A stretch of DNA of 64,000 nucleotides from an uncultured Candidatus Saccharibacteria bacterium (GTDB lineage Bacteria; Patescibacteriota; Minisyncoccia; Phycocordibacterales; PALSA-1337): assembly GCA_964492835.1 (NCBI GenBank), contig CAZBLC010000001.1, forward strand, positions 19,596 to 83,595, read 5' to 3'. The translations under genes were made by a program, and so were the position numbers. Position 1 is the first letter of the stretch; every line of letters starts with the position of its first letter. Positions 11,045-20,849 of the stretch are shown in pieces. Under the pieces are notes generated by a model, which was given only the letters and a program-made list of their open reading frames with translations, was not told the origin of the DNA and did not search any database.

Positions 11045-11893
11045 TTACTTTGTTACAGTACCCAATTTTTCTTTTAATATTTTTCTATATACTCCCTCTT
11101 CCCAATATCTGTAATCCTGTCTCTTTAGACCAACAAAAAATTCAATCATAAGATCATAAAGTGCCCTTAGAGATGCGTATCTGAACCCCTCTCTCTCTTT
11201 CCTCATATTTTTAGAAAAATAAATCTTTTTAAATTTATATTGGAATTTCCACAAACCTCGTAGTAAATGACCAAAGAATGATTTTGTCTTTGGTGTTCTT
11301 TCAATCTCCAAACTCAAATAATAAAAGCGACTGTGCGGCATAAGTAACCAATGTTTCTCCCTCTGGCAATGCCATACTGGATATGGGAAGATGATAGGTT
11401 TAAAACTATGCATCAAATGCTCATGTACTCTGGAATCAGAATCAGTACCGTGAAAAACTTCATTTCCACGCCTAGTAATTCTTTCAATTGATTCTTCAAA
11501 GCTAGTTAGCAAATCATCACACCTTACAATAGTTACCACCTCTGGTCTGTTCTTAATTAAAAATGGTCTGATATTTTCTTTAAAACTTTCACTAAGCCTT
11601 TCGTCAGCATCAAGCACCAAAATATAATCCATGGTACATTTTGACATTACAAAGTTCTTTGCAAGCCCAAAATGAAAATCTCCTGGAGACTTATAATGAT
11701 GAAGTGCTATCTTTGTATTTCCCTTATTTATATAACTTTGAACTATCTGAACAGTGTCATCTAGTGATCCAGTATCTGAAATAATTATTTCATCAGCAAA
11801 TTCTAGAAGTGATGAAATAAATCCGTCAATACGCTTTGCTTCAGTGTTTACAGTTGCACAAACAGAAATAGTCGGTGTTACGATTTTATTCAT
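11045..11893 (-). CDS. Glycosyltransferase family 2 (GT-A)
   Basis: N-terminal GT2 pattern ISVCATVNTE...IIISDTGSLDDT and the DXD-like LDADE. Confidence 0.75.
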   Translation of the reverse strand: MNKIVTPTISVCATVNTEAKRIDGFISSLLEFADEIIISDTGSLDDTVQIVQSYINKGNTKIALHHYKSPGDFHFGLAKNFVMSKCTMDYILVLDADERLSESFKENIRPFLIKNRPEVVTIVRCDDLLTSFEESIERITRRGNEVFHGTDSDSRVHEHLMHSFKPIIFPYPVWHCQREKHWLLMPHSRFYYLSLEIERTPKTKSFFGHLLRGLWKFQYKFKKIYFSKNMRKEREGFRYASLRALYDLMIEFFVGLKRQDYRYWEEGVYRKILKEKLGTVTK

Positions 11894-11937
11894 ATAAATA
11901 TCATATCAAAATAAGGATAATATTCAATCTTTAGCTA

Positions 11938-12438
11938 TTATGGTATGGATTTTAAAATGTAATCTAGATCGATCACATTACTCTCTATCAAAATAGCATT
12001 TTTGCACCCCGCTCTCATTGCAGCTTCTATATCTGTTTTGCTATCCCCTATCATATAACTTGCCTTAATATCTATATTTAATTCTTCCACTGCTAAATGA
12101 AAAAGACCTGGTTCTGGTTTTCTACATATACACTTTTCGTCTTTATGGTGTGCACAAAAATAGAATGATCTGATGGATGTACCTATTCTATCTAAATCCC
12201 TATTAATCTTTGTGTGGAGTCTTTTAACAAACTCCTTAGACATCTTTCCTTTTGCAATCCCTGCTTGGTTACTTATAACCACAACAACATAGCCTGCGGA
12301 ATTGATCTTTTTTACTAGCTTTTTAGCATTTATATTCCACTTAAATTCGCTTATTTTTTTTACGTAATCATGTTCTGCTGGTTTTTTATTTAGGACTCCA
12401 TCTCTATCCAGAAAAACTGCTCTTATTTTATTATTCAT
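11938..12438 (-). CDS. gmhB: D-glycero-D-manno-heptose 1,7-bisphosphate phosphatase (HAD-IIIA)
   Basis: AVFLDRDGVLN HAD motif I, GmhB-type Cys/His zinc cluster (CAHHKDEKCICRKP), ~166 aa. Confidence 0.8.
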   Translation of the reverse strand: MNNKIRAVFLDRDGVLNKKPAEHDYVKKISEFKWNINAKKLVKKINSAGYVVVVISNQAGIAKGKMSKEFVKRLHTKINRDLDRIGTSIRSFYFCAHHKDEKCICRKPEPGLFHLAVEELNIDIKASYMIGDSKTDIEAAMRAGCKNAILIESNVIDLDYILKSIP

Positions 12439-12447
12439 ATTTCGAAT

Positions 12448-13455
12448 TTATGCTTTTTCTTGATCAAAGACAATTTCAACACCTTTATTATCAAAACCTA
12501 CCTCAATTTCAGCAAAATTATTTAGTCTATTTTTGTTTGCGTAGTCTATGACCGACCTTCTAATATCTTTATGTTTATTTTCTGGAGCTAAAAAAAGCAC
12601 ACAGCCTCCACCACCAGCACCAAGTACTTTTCCTCCCCATGCACCATTTTTTATCCCTAACGAATACAGATCATCTATAGTGCTATTTGAAATTTCATCC
12701 GCAAAAGTCTTTTTTAGAGTCCAGCTTTTGTGTAGAATATCTCCAGCTTTTTTAAAATCTCCCTTTTTAATTGCTTCACTGAAATGTGATACGAGAGAAG
12801 CTATTTCCTTGTATCCATCGATCTTTTTATCGATATTTTTAGTTTGATTGGATAATACACTGGAAGCATCCCTAGTTATTCCAGTAAAGAAAAGCAGAAG
12901 GCTTTTTTCAAATTTATCTTTATTCTTTTTAGATATAGCTAATGGTTCAATAGCTACTTTTCCACTTTTTTTAAATTTATAAATATTGAGTCCTCCATAA
13001 GATGCAGCATACTGATCTTGTTTGCCTATTGGTTCCTTTACAAGATCAATTTCTACCGTGCAGGCCTTTTCAGCCAAGCTCTGCTTATTTATTTTTTTAC
13101 CATTGAGCAGATGGAGTCCCTTAAGCAAGGCTACGGTAAAACTAGAAGATGAACCGAGTCCTGTCCTAGCTGGAATCGACGCGAAGGAGCCAATTTCTAT
13201 GTTATTATTTATTCCAAGAGTCAATAAGATTTCACGAACCCTGTTATGTATCAAATCTTTTGGGTGATCGACTGTTTCAGTTGTTGAATATTTAACTATT
13301 ACTTTATTTACCAAGGGTGTGTGCTTAATAGCCAAGTATACATATTGATTTATAGTAGTTGAAACAACACAGCCTCCGTGTTTCTTATAAAAATCTGGAA
13401 GGTCTGTACCCCCGCCAATAAAACTTATTCGAAGTGGTGCTCTTACTAAAATCAT
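12448..13455 (-). CDS. hddA: GHMP-family sugar kinase, D-glycero-alpha-D-manno-heptose 7-phosphate kinase-like
   Basis: HddA-like N-terminus LRISFIGGGTDLPDF, GHMP ATP-binding motif PARTGLGSSSS, 335 aa. Confidence 0.75.
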   Translation of the reverse strand: MILVRAPLRISFIGGGTDLPDFYKKHGGCVVSTTINQYVYLAIKHTPLVNKVIVKYSTTETVDHPKDLIHNRVREILLTLGINNNIEIGSFASIPARTGLGSSSSFTVALLKGLHLLNGKKINKQSLAEKACTVEIDLVKEPIGKQDQYAASYGGLNIYKFKKSGKVAIEPLAISKKNKDKFEKSLLLFFTGITRDASSVLSNQTKNIDKKIDGYKEIASLVSHFSEAIKKGDFKKAGDILHKSWTLKKTFADEISNSTIDDLYSLGIKNGAWGGKVLGAGGGGCVLFLAPENKHKDIRRSVIDYANKNRLNNFAEIEVGFDNKGVEIVFDQEKA

Positions 13456-14132
13456 TATTTATTATTATTTAATCTATTTATATCCTCTGGTGAAGTGAGT
13501 TGTGTATGCATTTCATCTCCTATAACTGCAAAAACTTTATGATCTTTTGCAAATTTTTTCATTAAATCCGTGAAATAGTATTCGTTTTTTACTTCATGTA
13601 ACTCAGGCTCATAATTAAAAATGTCAGAATTCATAATCATAAACCCGTTTGTAGCAAGGTTCGATGTAGGATTTCTAGGCTTTTCAATTACATCGATTAT
13701 CTGGTTTGTACTATCAATAGTCGCAATACCAACATTTTTTGGATCAGGAACGAAGTAGCACAGCCATGAAAATTCATATTTCAAACAATCTTCTATTTCT
13801 TTTTTTGTTAAAACATCATCTGCATATGAAACTGCAAATCTCTCTCCTTCTTTAATTAATTCCCTTGTTTTAATAAATCCTAGAGCGTTTCCGTTTTTTT
13901 CGCCTTCAACATAAGTAATCTTCCTTCCATAAAGTTCGTTACCACAATACTCTTTTATTTTTTCGCCTAAATATTTTACAACTAAAATAACTTCATCAAT
14001 CTCATTTGGCAAAGAAAGAAATAGATGATCTAGTGCAGTCTTACCTCTATAGACTACAAGTGGCTTTGGTGTGGTTAGTGTTATCGGTCTCATTCTCTGT
14101 CCTTCTCCGGCTGCAAGTATTATAAGCTTCAT
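13455..14132 (-). CDS. hddC: Sugar-1-phosphate nucleotidyltransferase (D-glycero-alpha-D-manno-heptose 1-phosphate guanylyltransferase-like)
   Basis: MKLIILAAGEGQRMRP nucleotidyltransferase motif. Contiguous with hddA and gmhB. Confidence 0.75.
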   Translation of the reverse strand: MKLIILAAGEGQRMRPITLTTPKPLVVYRGKTALDHLFLSLPNEIDEVILVVKYLGEKIKEYCGNELYGRKITYVEGEKNGNALGFIKTRELIKEGERFAVSYADDVLTKKEIEDCLKYEFSWLCYFVPDPKNVGIATIDSTNQIIDVIEKPRNPTSNLATNGFMIMNSDIFNYEPELHEVKNEYYFTDLMKKFAKDHKVFAVIGDEMHTQLTSPEDINRLNNNK

Positions 14133-14156
14133 GGTTTGTCTATAGTATACAATTTA

Positions 14157-14966
14157 CTATTCTATGGCAACTCCTTTCCTAATAGCAATAAAATTGGCAT
14201 ACATTATCTTTTCGTATTCTGGACAATATTTAACTTTTTCAAGTGTAATAGGCTTCACTTTGTATATGTCATATTCATTTTGAATAAAAAAATCGTAAAT
14301 ATCCTTGAAGAATACTCTTGAGTATATTGCGGCATTACCAAACTCAAATTGAACCATATCAATTGATTTATCTTTAAATAAGTTCTTTGCTCCCTGAAAA
14401 ACAAACAACTCATGGCCTTCTGTATCGACCTTTAATAGATCAATATGCTTTATATTTTTTCGTTTACAATACTCGTCTAGAGTATCTGTTTTTACAACTT
14501 TTTTTTCAATATTATAATTTTCTTGTTCCATATCATAAAATGAATTTAACTCCGGTGAGTCTTTATTTATATACATCTCTCTATTTCCAATAGTCTCTCC
14601 AAGTGCAATATTTTCTAAGTATATATTCTTACTTGTCGAGACATTTTTCATTAACTTACCAAATGTAGTACTGTCTGGTTCAAAGCAATATACTTTGATA
14701 GTATCTCTATAAGAAAGAATATGCTTAACATAGTCTCCAACATTCGCCCCGACATCGAAAACAATTTTTATATCCTTTTTTTTAAACACCAAATCCAATA
14801 AACGATATTCGCCGTTTGTTATCATATTTGAATTGTGTTCCCCTCTACAAAAATCCACATATCGAGATGCTAATGAATAAATGAATGGTCTATATATCGG
14901 TCTTTTATAATTAAAAAGCCCTCTATTGATAAAATATATTATAATTAATTTAATTTTTTTGATCAT
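14157..14966 (-). CDS. FkbM-family methyltransferase
   Basis: Methyltransf_21 motif FDVGANVGDY, 269 aa. Confidence 0.75.
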   Translation of the reverse strand: MIKKIKLIIIYFINRGLFNYKRPIYRPFIYSLASRYVDFCRGEHNSNMITNGEYRLLDLVFKKKDIKIVFDVGANVGDYVKHILSYRDTIKVYCFEPDSTTFGKLMKNVSTSKNIYLENIALGETIGNREMYINKDSPELNSFYDMEQENYNIEKKVVKTDTLDEYCKRKNIKHIDLLKVDTEGHELFVFQGAKNLFKDKSIDMVQFEFGNAAIYSRVFFKDIYDFFIQNEYDIYKVKPITLEKVKYCPEYEKIMYANFIAIRKGVAIE

Positions 14967-14967
14967 G

Positions 14968-16128
14968 TTACCAAAATATTACTTCCGAATTTATATTTTC
15001 TAATATATCTCTTTTTATTTCTTCATTATAGATACCAGCTTTTATAATAACATTTACCTTACCTTTCCCTTTTAGAATCTTAGGGTGTTCTACCATAAGT
15101 TTTGTTCCATAAAGTCTTTTCTTATTTTTCACCTGACTATTATCGAGCAATCCGACTATTTTATCAACTTTTAATCCAAACTGGATTAGTGTTTGTGAAA
15201 AAATGTGTGCTCCGAAGAGATATACCGGTTCGTTTGAACTACCAATCTTCATGTTTAAATCATCAATCATCTCTTTATGATAATTTATATAATCCATAAA
15301 AAGTTTTTTATATTGAATGTATTTATTTGGCAATGTAGATACATCCTCCACAACGTCCGTCTTCTCTGTTGCATAGAAAATACTATGTGGATCTCCATAA
15401 TACTCTTTTTCTAAGATCTTAAAACCCATACTCTGGAGTATATAATCTGTTATTTCTTCAGTAAGAAAGACAGTATGTTCAAAATTTAAGCAATTTGTAA
15501 ACTTCTTATCCAGCATTGGTATCATATTTGGAAAAGTAAATATATGTTTATCACCCCTTTTAAGAAATGAATTTATTTGCTTTAAAAATTTAAATGGTTC
15601 GTATGTATGTTCAAATACATGTGAATGTACGATAGTATCTATTCCTTCATCTAGTTTAAATTTGTCATCAAACCAACCCTTAATTAATTTAATCTTAGGA
15701 TTTGTGATATATTGTGCATTTGGTTCAACAGTTGTCCATTCTACGTCTGGAATTACCGTCCATAGATTCCTAGCTATATGGTCATGTGCGCCACCTATCT
15801 CCAGAACTCTCTTTGGGTTAAATTTTGAAATAAATTTAGCAAAAGCTACATAATGATCCTGCCAAACCTTTCCAACGCCATCATTATGTTGATCTAAATA
15901 CAATATATCAAGGGGTAGGAGCTTCTGAAGCTGTATAAGACCTGTTTCTGGGCATATATCCCAAATCATATCGGACACTATATCTTCATCTTGTGGTTGC
16001 TCTACACAACCCATGAATACTGGAAAATCCTTGAATTTATGTAGAGTTTCTAGATTTTTCTTATTTGATAATAGGCTTTTATCTCTAATGATATAGTTAG
16101 TATTCCTTTTCATAGATTCATTGTACAC
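14968..16128 (-). CDS. SAM-dependent methyltransferase with a C-methyltransferase-type C-terminal domain (sugar C/O-methyltransferase candidate)
   Basis: Central VLEIGGAHDHIARNL SAM motif. The C-terminal region (VYLFGAHIFSQTLIQFGL...VNVIIKAGIYNEE) resembles the C-terminal domain of NDP-hexose C-methyltransferases. Confidence 0.55.
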   Translation of the reverse strand: MYNESMKRNTNYIIRDKSLLSNKKNLETLHKFKDFPVFMGCVEQPQDEDIVSDMIWDICPETGLIQLQKLLPLDILYLDQHNDGVGKVWQDHYVAFAKFISKFNPKRVLEIGGAHDHIARNLWTVIPDVEWTTVEPNAQYITNPKIKLIKGWFDDKFKLDEGIDTIVHSHVFEHTYEPFKFLKQINSFLKRGDKHIFTFPNMIPMLDKKFTNCLNFEHTVFLTEEITDYILQSMGFKILEKEYYGDPHSIFYATEKTDVVEDVSTLPNKYIQYKKLFMDYINYHKEMIDDLNMKIGSSNEPVYLFGAHIFSQTLIQFGLKVDKIVGLLDNSQVKNKKRLYGTKLMVEHPKILKGKGKVNVIIKAGIYNEEIKRDILENINSEVIFW

Positions 16129-16155
16129 TTCATTATTATTTTATATATATTGACA

Positions 16156-16872
16156 TTAACCCTCTTTTATTACCTTCTCTGTCTCTATTAGTGCTTGAGG
16201 ATTACCAGTATCTAGCCACGTTTCGAAAGGAACCCATTTGAGCTTTGTGCCCTCTAACAAAAGCTTTTCTATAACAGAGACGTCTCCTAGCGCCTGATTA
16301 TTTCGGTCATTTTTATATAGACTTTCAACAGCCCCCCAAAATTTTTTATAATCATGTATTCCAGTCATGCCAATATGTATAGAATCAAAATCTGTAATTC
16401 CTTTATCATTTACTTTTGCTAAATAACCATCTTTAATTTTATGACTTCTGTATTGCCTTACATCCATCTTTGTTGTCTCTGGGTCAATGACATACCCAAT
16501 AACCCAATCTTCACTTGGTTCTGGTATCTTTTCAACTACAATGGTATCGCAAGCATGAAAAATAAATGGGCACTGTAGATTATCCTTTGCACAGAGCATT
16601 GAATATAGTAGACTACTTCCGTCGCCAATATATTTATCCACTATCACGAACTCAAAATTATAATCTTGGTAATTCTTCAAAAGATAATTTTTTACTTGAT
16701 CCCCATGATATCCAAGTGTAATGACAAATATAGAATCCTTTGGGTATGAATTAAAAATATACTCAATAGTTGGCCTACCATTTATTTTAACTAGTGCTTT
16801 ATTCGTTGTTTTTGTAAGTTCTCCCAGACGTGAACCGGTGCCTGATGTTGTGATAAGTATTTTGTATTCCAT
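16156..16872 (-). CDS. LicC/IspD-like sugar-phosphate (or phospho-alcohol) nucleotidyltransferase
   Basis: N-terminal ILITTSGTGSRLGELTKTTNKALVKINGRPTIEY matches the (A)GxGTRL...PKxL nucleotidyltransferase motif. 238 aa. Confidence 0.65.
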   Translation of the reverse strand: MEYKILITTSGTGSRLGELTKTTNKALVKINGRPTIEYIFNSYPKDSIFVITLGYHGDQVKNYLLKNYQDYNFEFVIVDKYIGDGSSLLYSMLCAKDNLQCPFIFHACDTIVVEKIPEPSEDWVIGYVIDPETTKMDVRQYRSHKIKDGYLAKVNDKGITDFDSIHIGMTGIHDYKKFWGAVESLYKNDRNNQALGDVSVIEKLLLEGTKLKWVPFETWLDTGNPQALIETEKVIKEG

Positions 16873-16910
16873 GTATTTAAATGGTATTACTTAATATGAG
16901 TAATTTATAA

Positions 16911-17477
16911 TTATTTCTTACCTCCCCACTCTCCACCTTTTTCTACTTTCAAATTAAGTAAATCTAACTTTTTAAAAAATTTTTCCATTATGTGCAAGCA
17001 TGCTTCTGCAACCGCTCCATGTCCACCCGAAGTCTTTGTCACGTAGTTCGCATATTCTTTTATTGCTGGAAAAGCATTTGCCGGGGCAATGGAGTATCCA
17101 ACCTTATCAAAAACCATTGCATCAAATATTCCATCACCCATATATACAGTTTCCTCTAGTTTGAATTGACTTCTAATCCAATCGATTCTTTCAAATGTAC
17201 TTACCTGAAAAAGCGGTAATTTCATATCTTGTTCAATTCTTTTCTGTGTAATTGGAAATCCTTTTTTATCGCCAGTTACTGCAATGATATTTAAAAATGG
17301 TTTTACAAGCAGCAATGCGTCATGATCATCTGGACCAAAAATCTTTGCTGACTTACCTTCTAAGGTGTAGTGAAACTGGCCGTCAGTAAAAACTCCATCT
17401 ACATCAAGAATAAAATTTTTTATATTTTTTTTCATATTATTTTTCATTAAGTGCTTTATATAGATTATATTTACCAA
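16911..17477 (-). CDS. KdsC-like HAD-IIIA phosphatase
   Basis: FILDVDGVFTDGQFHY is near-identical in pattern to the KdsC motif (LDVDGVLTDG), with a GDGIFD-type motif III. A likely start at MKKNIKNF removes the overlap with the upstream gene. Confidence 0.65.
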   Translation of the reverse strand: MVNIIYIKHLMKNNMKKNIKNFILDVDGVFTDGQFHYTLEGKSAKIFGPDDHDALLLVKPFLNIIAVTGDKKGFPITQKRIEQDMKLPLFQVSTFERIDWIRSQFKLEETVYMGDGIFDAMVFDKVGYSIAPANAFPAIKEYANYVTKTSGGHGAVAEACLHIMEKFFKKLDLLNLKVEKGGEWGGKK

Positions 17478-18678
17478 AATAAAATAGGAAGATGTTAAAC
17501 GGATAATGATGCAATGGTGACATGTTTAACCAAATAATCGCACGTAATATCTTTATTTTATTCAGATCATTTCCTTTTGAAATAATAAATTCATCAAAAG
17601 TCTTTTCGCACTCAACAAGATGTGGTTTTCTATCTATACTACAAGTCACACTATTACCTTTTATCTTGATGGCAAATCTGTTCTGAGTCACAATATCATG
17701 ATTTACAACCAAATTGTGATATAGCTTTGCCAAATCATAATACATGTCTCCTGTTTTAAGCAAACCACCAAAGTCTTGTCTCCAATCAAGTAATGTATAT
17801 TTATTCTTATTTAAAATTACATTTTCCAAAATAAAATCACCATGGAACTGTGTTTGCACACCATTTGAGAGGTTATCGAAATTAACCTTTGATAGTAGAG
17901 TATTAATGTCTGGAACTTTCTTACCATTGATAGTCATTTTTCTATCTACTATTTTATTTACCGACATGAACTTATTTACTCTTTCCTTTGTCTTTTTTTC
18001 GTAGAAATCTAAACAAATTTTCTTAAATTCCTCGACAGGGACTGTCTTTTTTGATTTCCATAATTTAATACTAGCCCAGTTTAAAAAATTTTTAAAGTTT
18101 TTTGGGTTAGCAACGTTTGAATATGTGTCTCCTTTAATATATGAGTATTTATAGAAATTTTTCTTTATTTCTAAAGTTTCTGGAACCAAACCTCCCAGAA
18201 GCTTTCCTCTTTCAACTCTAGCTAAAATCTTCTTCTCATCAGCGAAAAACTTTATCGCAAAATCTTTGAAGAAAAAAAGGGATTCGTCAACCTTATCCAA
18301 ATTATCAAATTTATCATGAATCATTTCACGAACCTGTAATAAAGACTTCATGTCGTTTACCTTAAAAAAAATATTTGGATATCTTTTATCGATAACTAGA
18401 TCACTGTGGTGGTGAATGTGCGGAAATTGTAAAGAATCACTAGTTTGTTCTGAACCAATAAAAGTAAATTTTATATTAGGATAGACAAGAGATACAAAGT
18501 CCTTTAGGTGGTCGACAAAGTAATCTGTTGAAATGATAAACTCTGTTCCAATTGGGTACATTTCAATTATATAGGAAACTATAGGTTTTTTACCAAGACG
18601 TATTAGAACAGGATTAGTATATTTTGCCAGTTCCTTAAAATCGAATCTTTTTTCATCAATAGGTATATATACTTTCAT
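17437..18678 (-). CDS. Choline/aminoglycoside-kinase-family phosphotransferase (small-molecule kinase)
   Basis: Brenner catalytic motif HGDFILENVIL followed by a DWRQDFGG DFG-like motif. 413 aa. Confidence 0.6.
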   Translation of the reverse strand: MKVYIPIDEKRFDFKELAKYTNPVLIRLGKKPIVSYIIEMYPIGTEFIISTDYFVDHLKDFVSLVYPNIKFTFIGSEQTSDSLQFPHIHHHSDLVIDKRYPNIFFKVNDMKSLLQVREMIHDKFDNLDKVDESLFFFKDFAIKFFADEKKILARVERGKLLGGLVPETLEIKKNFYKYSYIKGDTYSNVANPKNFKNFLNWASIKLWKSKKTVPVEEFKKICLDFYEKKTKERVNKFMSVNKIVDRKMTINGKKVPDINTLLSKVNFDNLSNGVQTQFHGDFILENVILNKNKYTLLDWRQDFGGLLKTGDMYYDLAKLYHNLVVNHDIVTQNRFAIKIKGNSVTCSIDRKPHLVECEKTFDEFIISKGNDLNKIKILRAIIWLNMSPLHHYPFNIFLFYFGKYNLYKALNEK

Positions 18679-18702
18679 GTTATCAAACTATACTAAATCA
18701 GA

Positions 18703-19401
18703 TTACTTATCAAGGATTTTCTTTAATTCAATTATTTTGGTATCAACGTCACCTTCAGGCTTAAATATCGTTGAAGTTCCACAAACAAGCATATTGGCTC
18801 CTCTCTTTATCATCTCTGGGGCAGTATCTGGAGTTACTCCACCATCTATTTCTATTAGCATATTTGGATAGTTCTTCAACTTCCTTTTAAGCTCGGTTAT
18901 CTTATCCATCATTTCAGGAATAAGCTTGTGACCTAGAATTCCAGGATTTATAGCCATAAGCATAACTAGATCAATATCATTTAAAACATAGTCCAAAGTA
19001 GAAAGGCTGGTTGCAGGGTTTAGGGCCACTCCCGCCTTTTTACCAGTTGCTTTTATTAACTTAATTATTCTGTGTAGTTGTGGTGTAGATTCTTCATGAA
19101 CGACAATAATATCAGCTCCAGCATCAGCAAATATCCTTATAGAATTTTCCGGGTTATTAACCATTAAATGTACGTCAATGGGTATATTTGTTATTTTTTT
19201 GATTGCTTGAAGGATTTCAGGATGCAGGCCAAAACGAGGAACGAACTGATTATCCATAACATCAAAATGAATATAATCAATCCCGCCCTTCTCTAATTTT
19301 TCTATTTCGCCCTTAATATCTATCATATCTGCACACACAAGAGATGCTGATAATTTATAGTTTTTTTGAGATTTTTTTTTGTTTATTGTTTTCATATGCA
19401 A
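18703..19401 (-). CDS. rpe: Ribulose-phosphate 3-epimerase-like (TIM barrel)
   Basis: LSASLVCADM...IHFDVMDNQFVPRFG matches Rpe motifs (SILSAD / HxDVMDG.FVPN). 232 aa. Confidence 0.75.
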   Translation of the reverse strand: MHMKTINKKKSQKNYKLSASLVCADMIDIKGEIEKLEKGGIDYIHFDVMDNQFVPRFGLHPEILQAIKKITNIPIDVHLMVNNPENSIRIFADAGADIIVVHEESTPQLHRIIKLIKATGKKAGVALNPATSLSTLDYVLNDIDLVMLMAINPGILGHKLIPEMMDKITELKRKLKNYPNMLIEIDGGVTPDTAPEMIKRGANMLVCGTSTIFKPEGDVDTKIIELKKILDK

Positions 19402-19412
19402 TTAAAGTATAA

Positions 19413-20843
19413 CTACTCCAAATTAGAATGTCTTTCCCACATAGTATCATGTGTCTCACCAAGTTCCTCCATAAGCTTTAGAACGATCGCATCAAAGAAT
19501 ATGGCCAGAGACTGTTCATTTAATGTTGTCATTGGCTGAATAGAAATAAAATTGTCTATCTTTTTGGTCTTTGATGGTGCCTTTATTTCAACAACACAGT
19601 CGGCTAATTTTCCAATTCTAGATTCAGGATTACCAGTTACAGCAGCAATCCTTGCTTGATTTCTTTTAGCAATTAAAGTCAATTCGTAAATGGTCTGTGT
19701 CTCACCTGACCCAGAACAAACTAGAAATAAATCTTCTGCCTTTATGGATGGAACGTTAGCATCACCTAGGATATATGCGTCTATTCCCATATGCTTTAAT
19801 CTCATTACAAACCCCCTTACCGCCATTCCAACTCTACCAGCACCGCAAGCCACTATTTTTTTAGCACTTAAAATATGCTCAGTTAGAACACTCGCCTGTT
19901 TTTCATCAATTTTTAATAGGACAGTTTTTATTTCAGTTAAGATATTCTCCACTCTTTCTATGGTTGTCTGATTCAAGTTATTATTTTTATAGAGCCCGCG
20001 TTCTACAAGTGAATAACCTTTTTCGTTGATATTGTCATCTATACATGCAAATAATTCTTGATTTGGGATAGCATATTTGATAGGTAGAATATCAAATCTC
20101 TCAGGGTTTTTTTCCATTTCAAAAGGAGTCTGAATCGGATATTTTTGTATTTTATTCTTAAATATATTCCTATTAATCTTTTCGAACAATTCTTTATGTC
20201 CTGTTGGCTTAATAATTCTAAGTTTTGTAAGTAGACCAAAAGCCTTGAATATATATTTTTTAAAGAAAATAGGTAGTCTTTTTTTATCGTTTATCCACAT
20301 TTTTTCTAAAAACTCCTTTTTAAAAATTCCACACATTGAAATAAGATAATAAGGATATCCGGTATTTCTTATCATCTGCCATTTATTTTTATCTAAATCC
20401 AAATAACTTATAGCCTTTCTTTTATTTAGATTAATTTTATGACTAAGCTTATTAAAAGACTCAACTGATTTACCAAATAGCCACCAAGAATAACTTATAT
20501 AATCCGCGTCTGCCTTTCTCATCTCTCTAATCACCTCATCTAAAACCTCAGGCTTTGCAATATTCAAATGGTCTTCATTCCAAACAAGTATATAGTCATA
20601 TCTTGCTTCCTTTATCATATCCAAAGCATTTGTAATCCAGCCCCTATTGTCATCTAGTAAACTAAATATAACTAACTTATTTCCAAGCTCATTCTTTAAA
20701 AAATCTAATGCTTCCTCACGAAATGTCCCTCTAACATTTATTAGCCAATTGTCACTAATAAATTTAAAAGACTTAAAGGAGCTTTTAAAATGGTCAAGTC
20801 TAGTGAGTGAATTTATTCTTAGATTTCCAAGTATAGTTATCAT
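19413..20843 (-). CDS. Two-domain protein: N-terminal ~300-aa domain of unknown function fused to a C-terminal SIS sugar-phosphate isomerase domain (GmhA/HxlB/KpsF-like)
   Basis: C-terminal VACGAGRVGMAVRGFVMRLKHMGIDAYILGD...LFLVCSGSGETQ is a canonical SIS fold signature. N-terminal domain unassigned. Confidence 0.6.
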   Translation of the reverse strand: MITILGNLRINSLTRLDHFKSSFKSFKFISDNWLINVRGTFREEALDFLKNELGNKLVIFSLLDDNRGWITNALDMIKEARYDYILVWNEDHLNIAKPEVLDEVIREMRKADADYISYSWWLFGKSVESFNKLSHKINLNKRKAISYLDLDKNKWQMIRNTGYPYYLISMCGIFKKEFLEKMWINDKKRLPIFFKKYIFKAFGLLTKLRIIKPTGHKELFEKINRNIFKNKIQKYPIQTPFEMEKNPERFDILPIKYAIPNQELFACIDDNINEKGYSLVERGLYKNNNLNQTTIERVENILTEIKTVLLKIDEKQASVLTEHILSAKKIVACGAGRVGMAVRGFVMRLKHMGIDAYILGDANVPSIKAEDLFLVCSGSGETQTIYELTLIAKRNQARIAAVTGNPESRIGKLADCVVEIKAPSKTKKIDNFISIQPMTTLNEQSLAIFFDAIVLKLMEELGETHDTMWERHSNLE

Positions 20844-20849
20844 ATAGTA

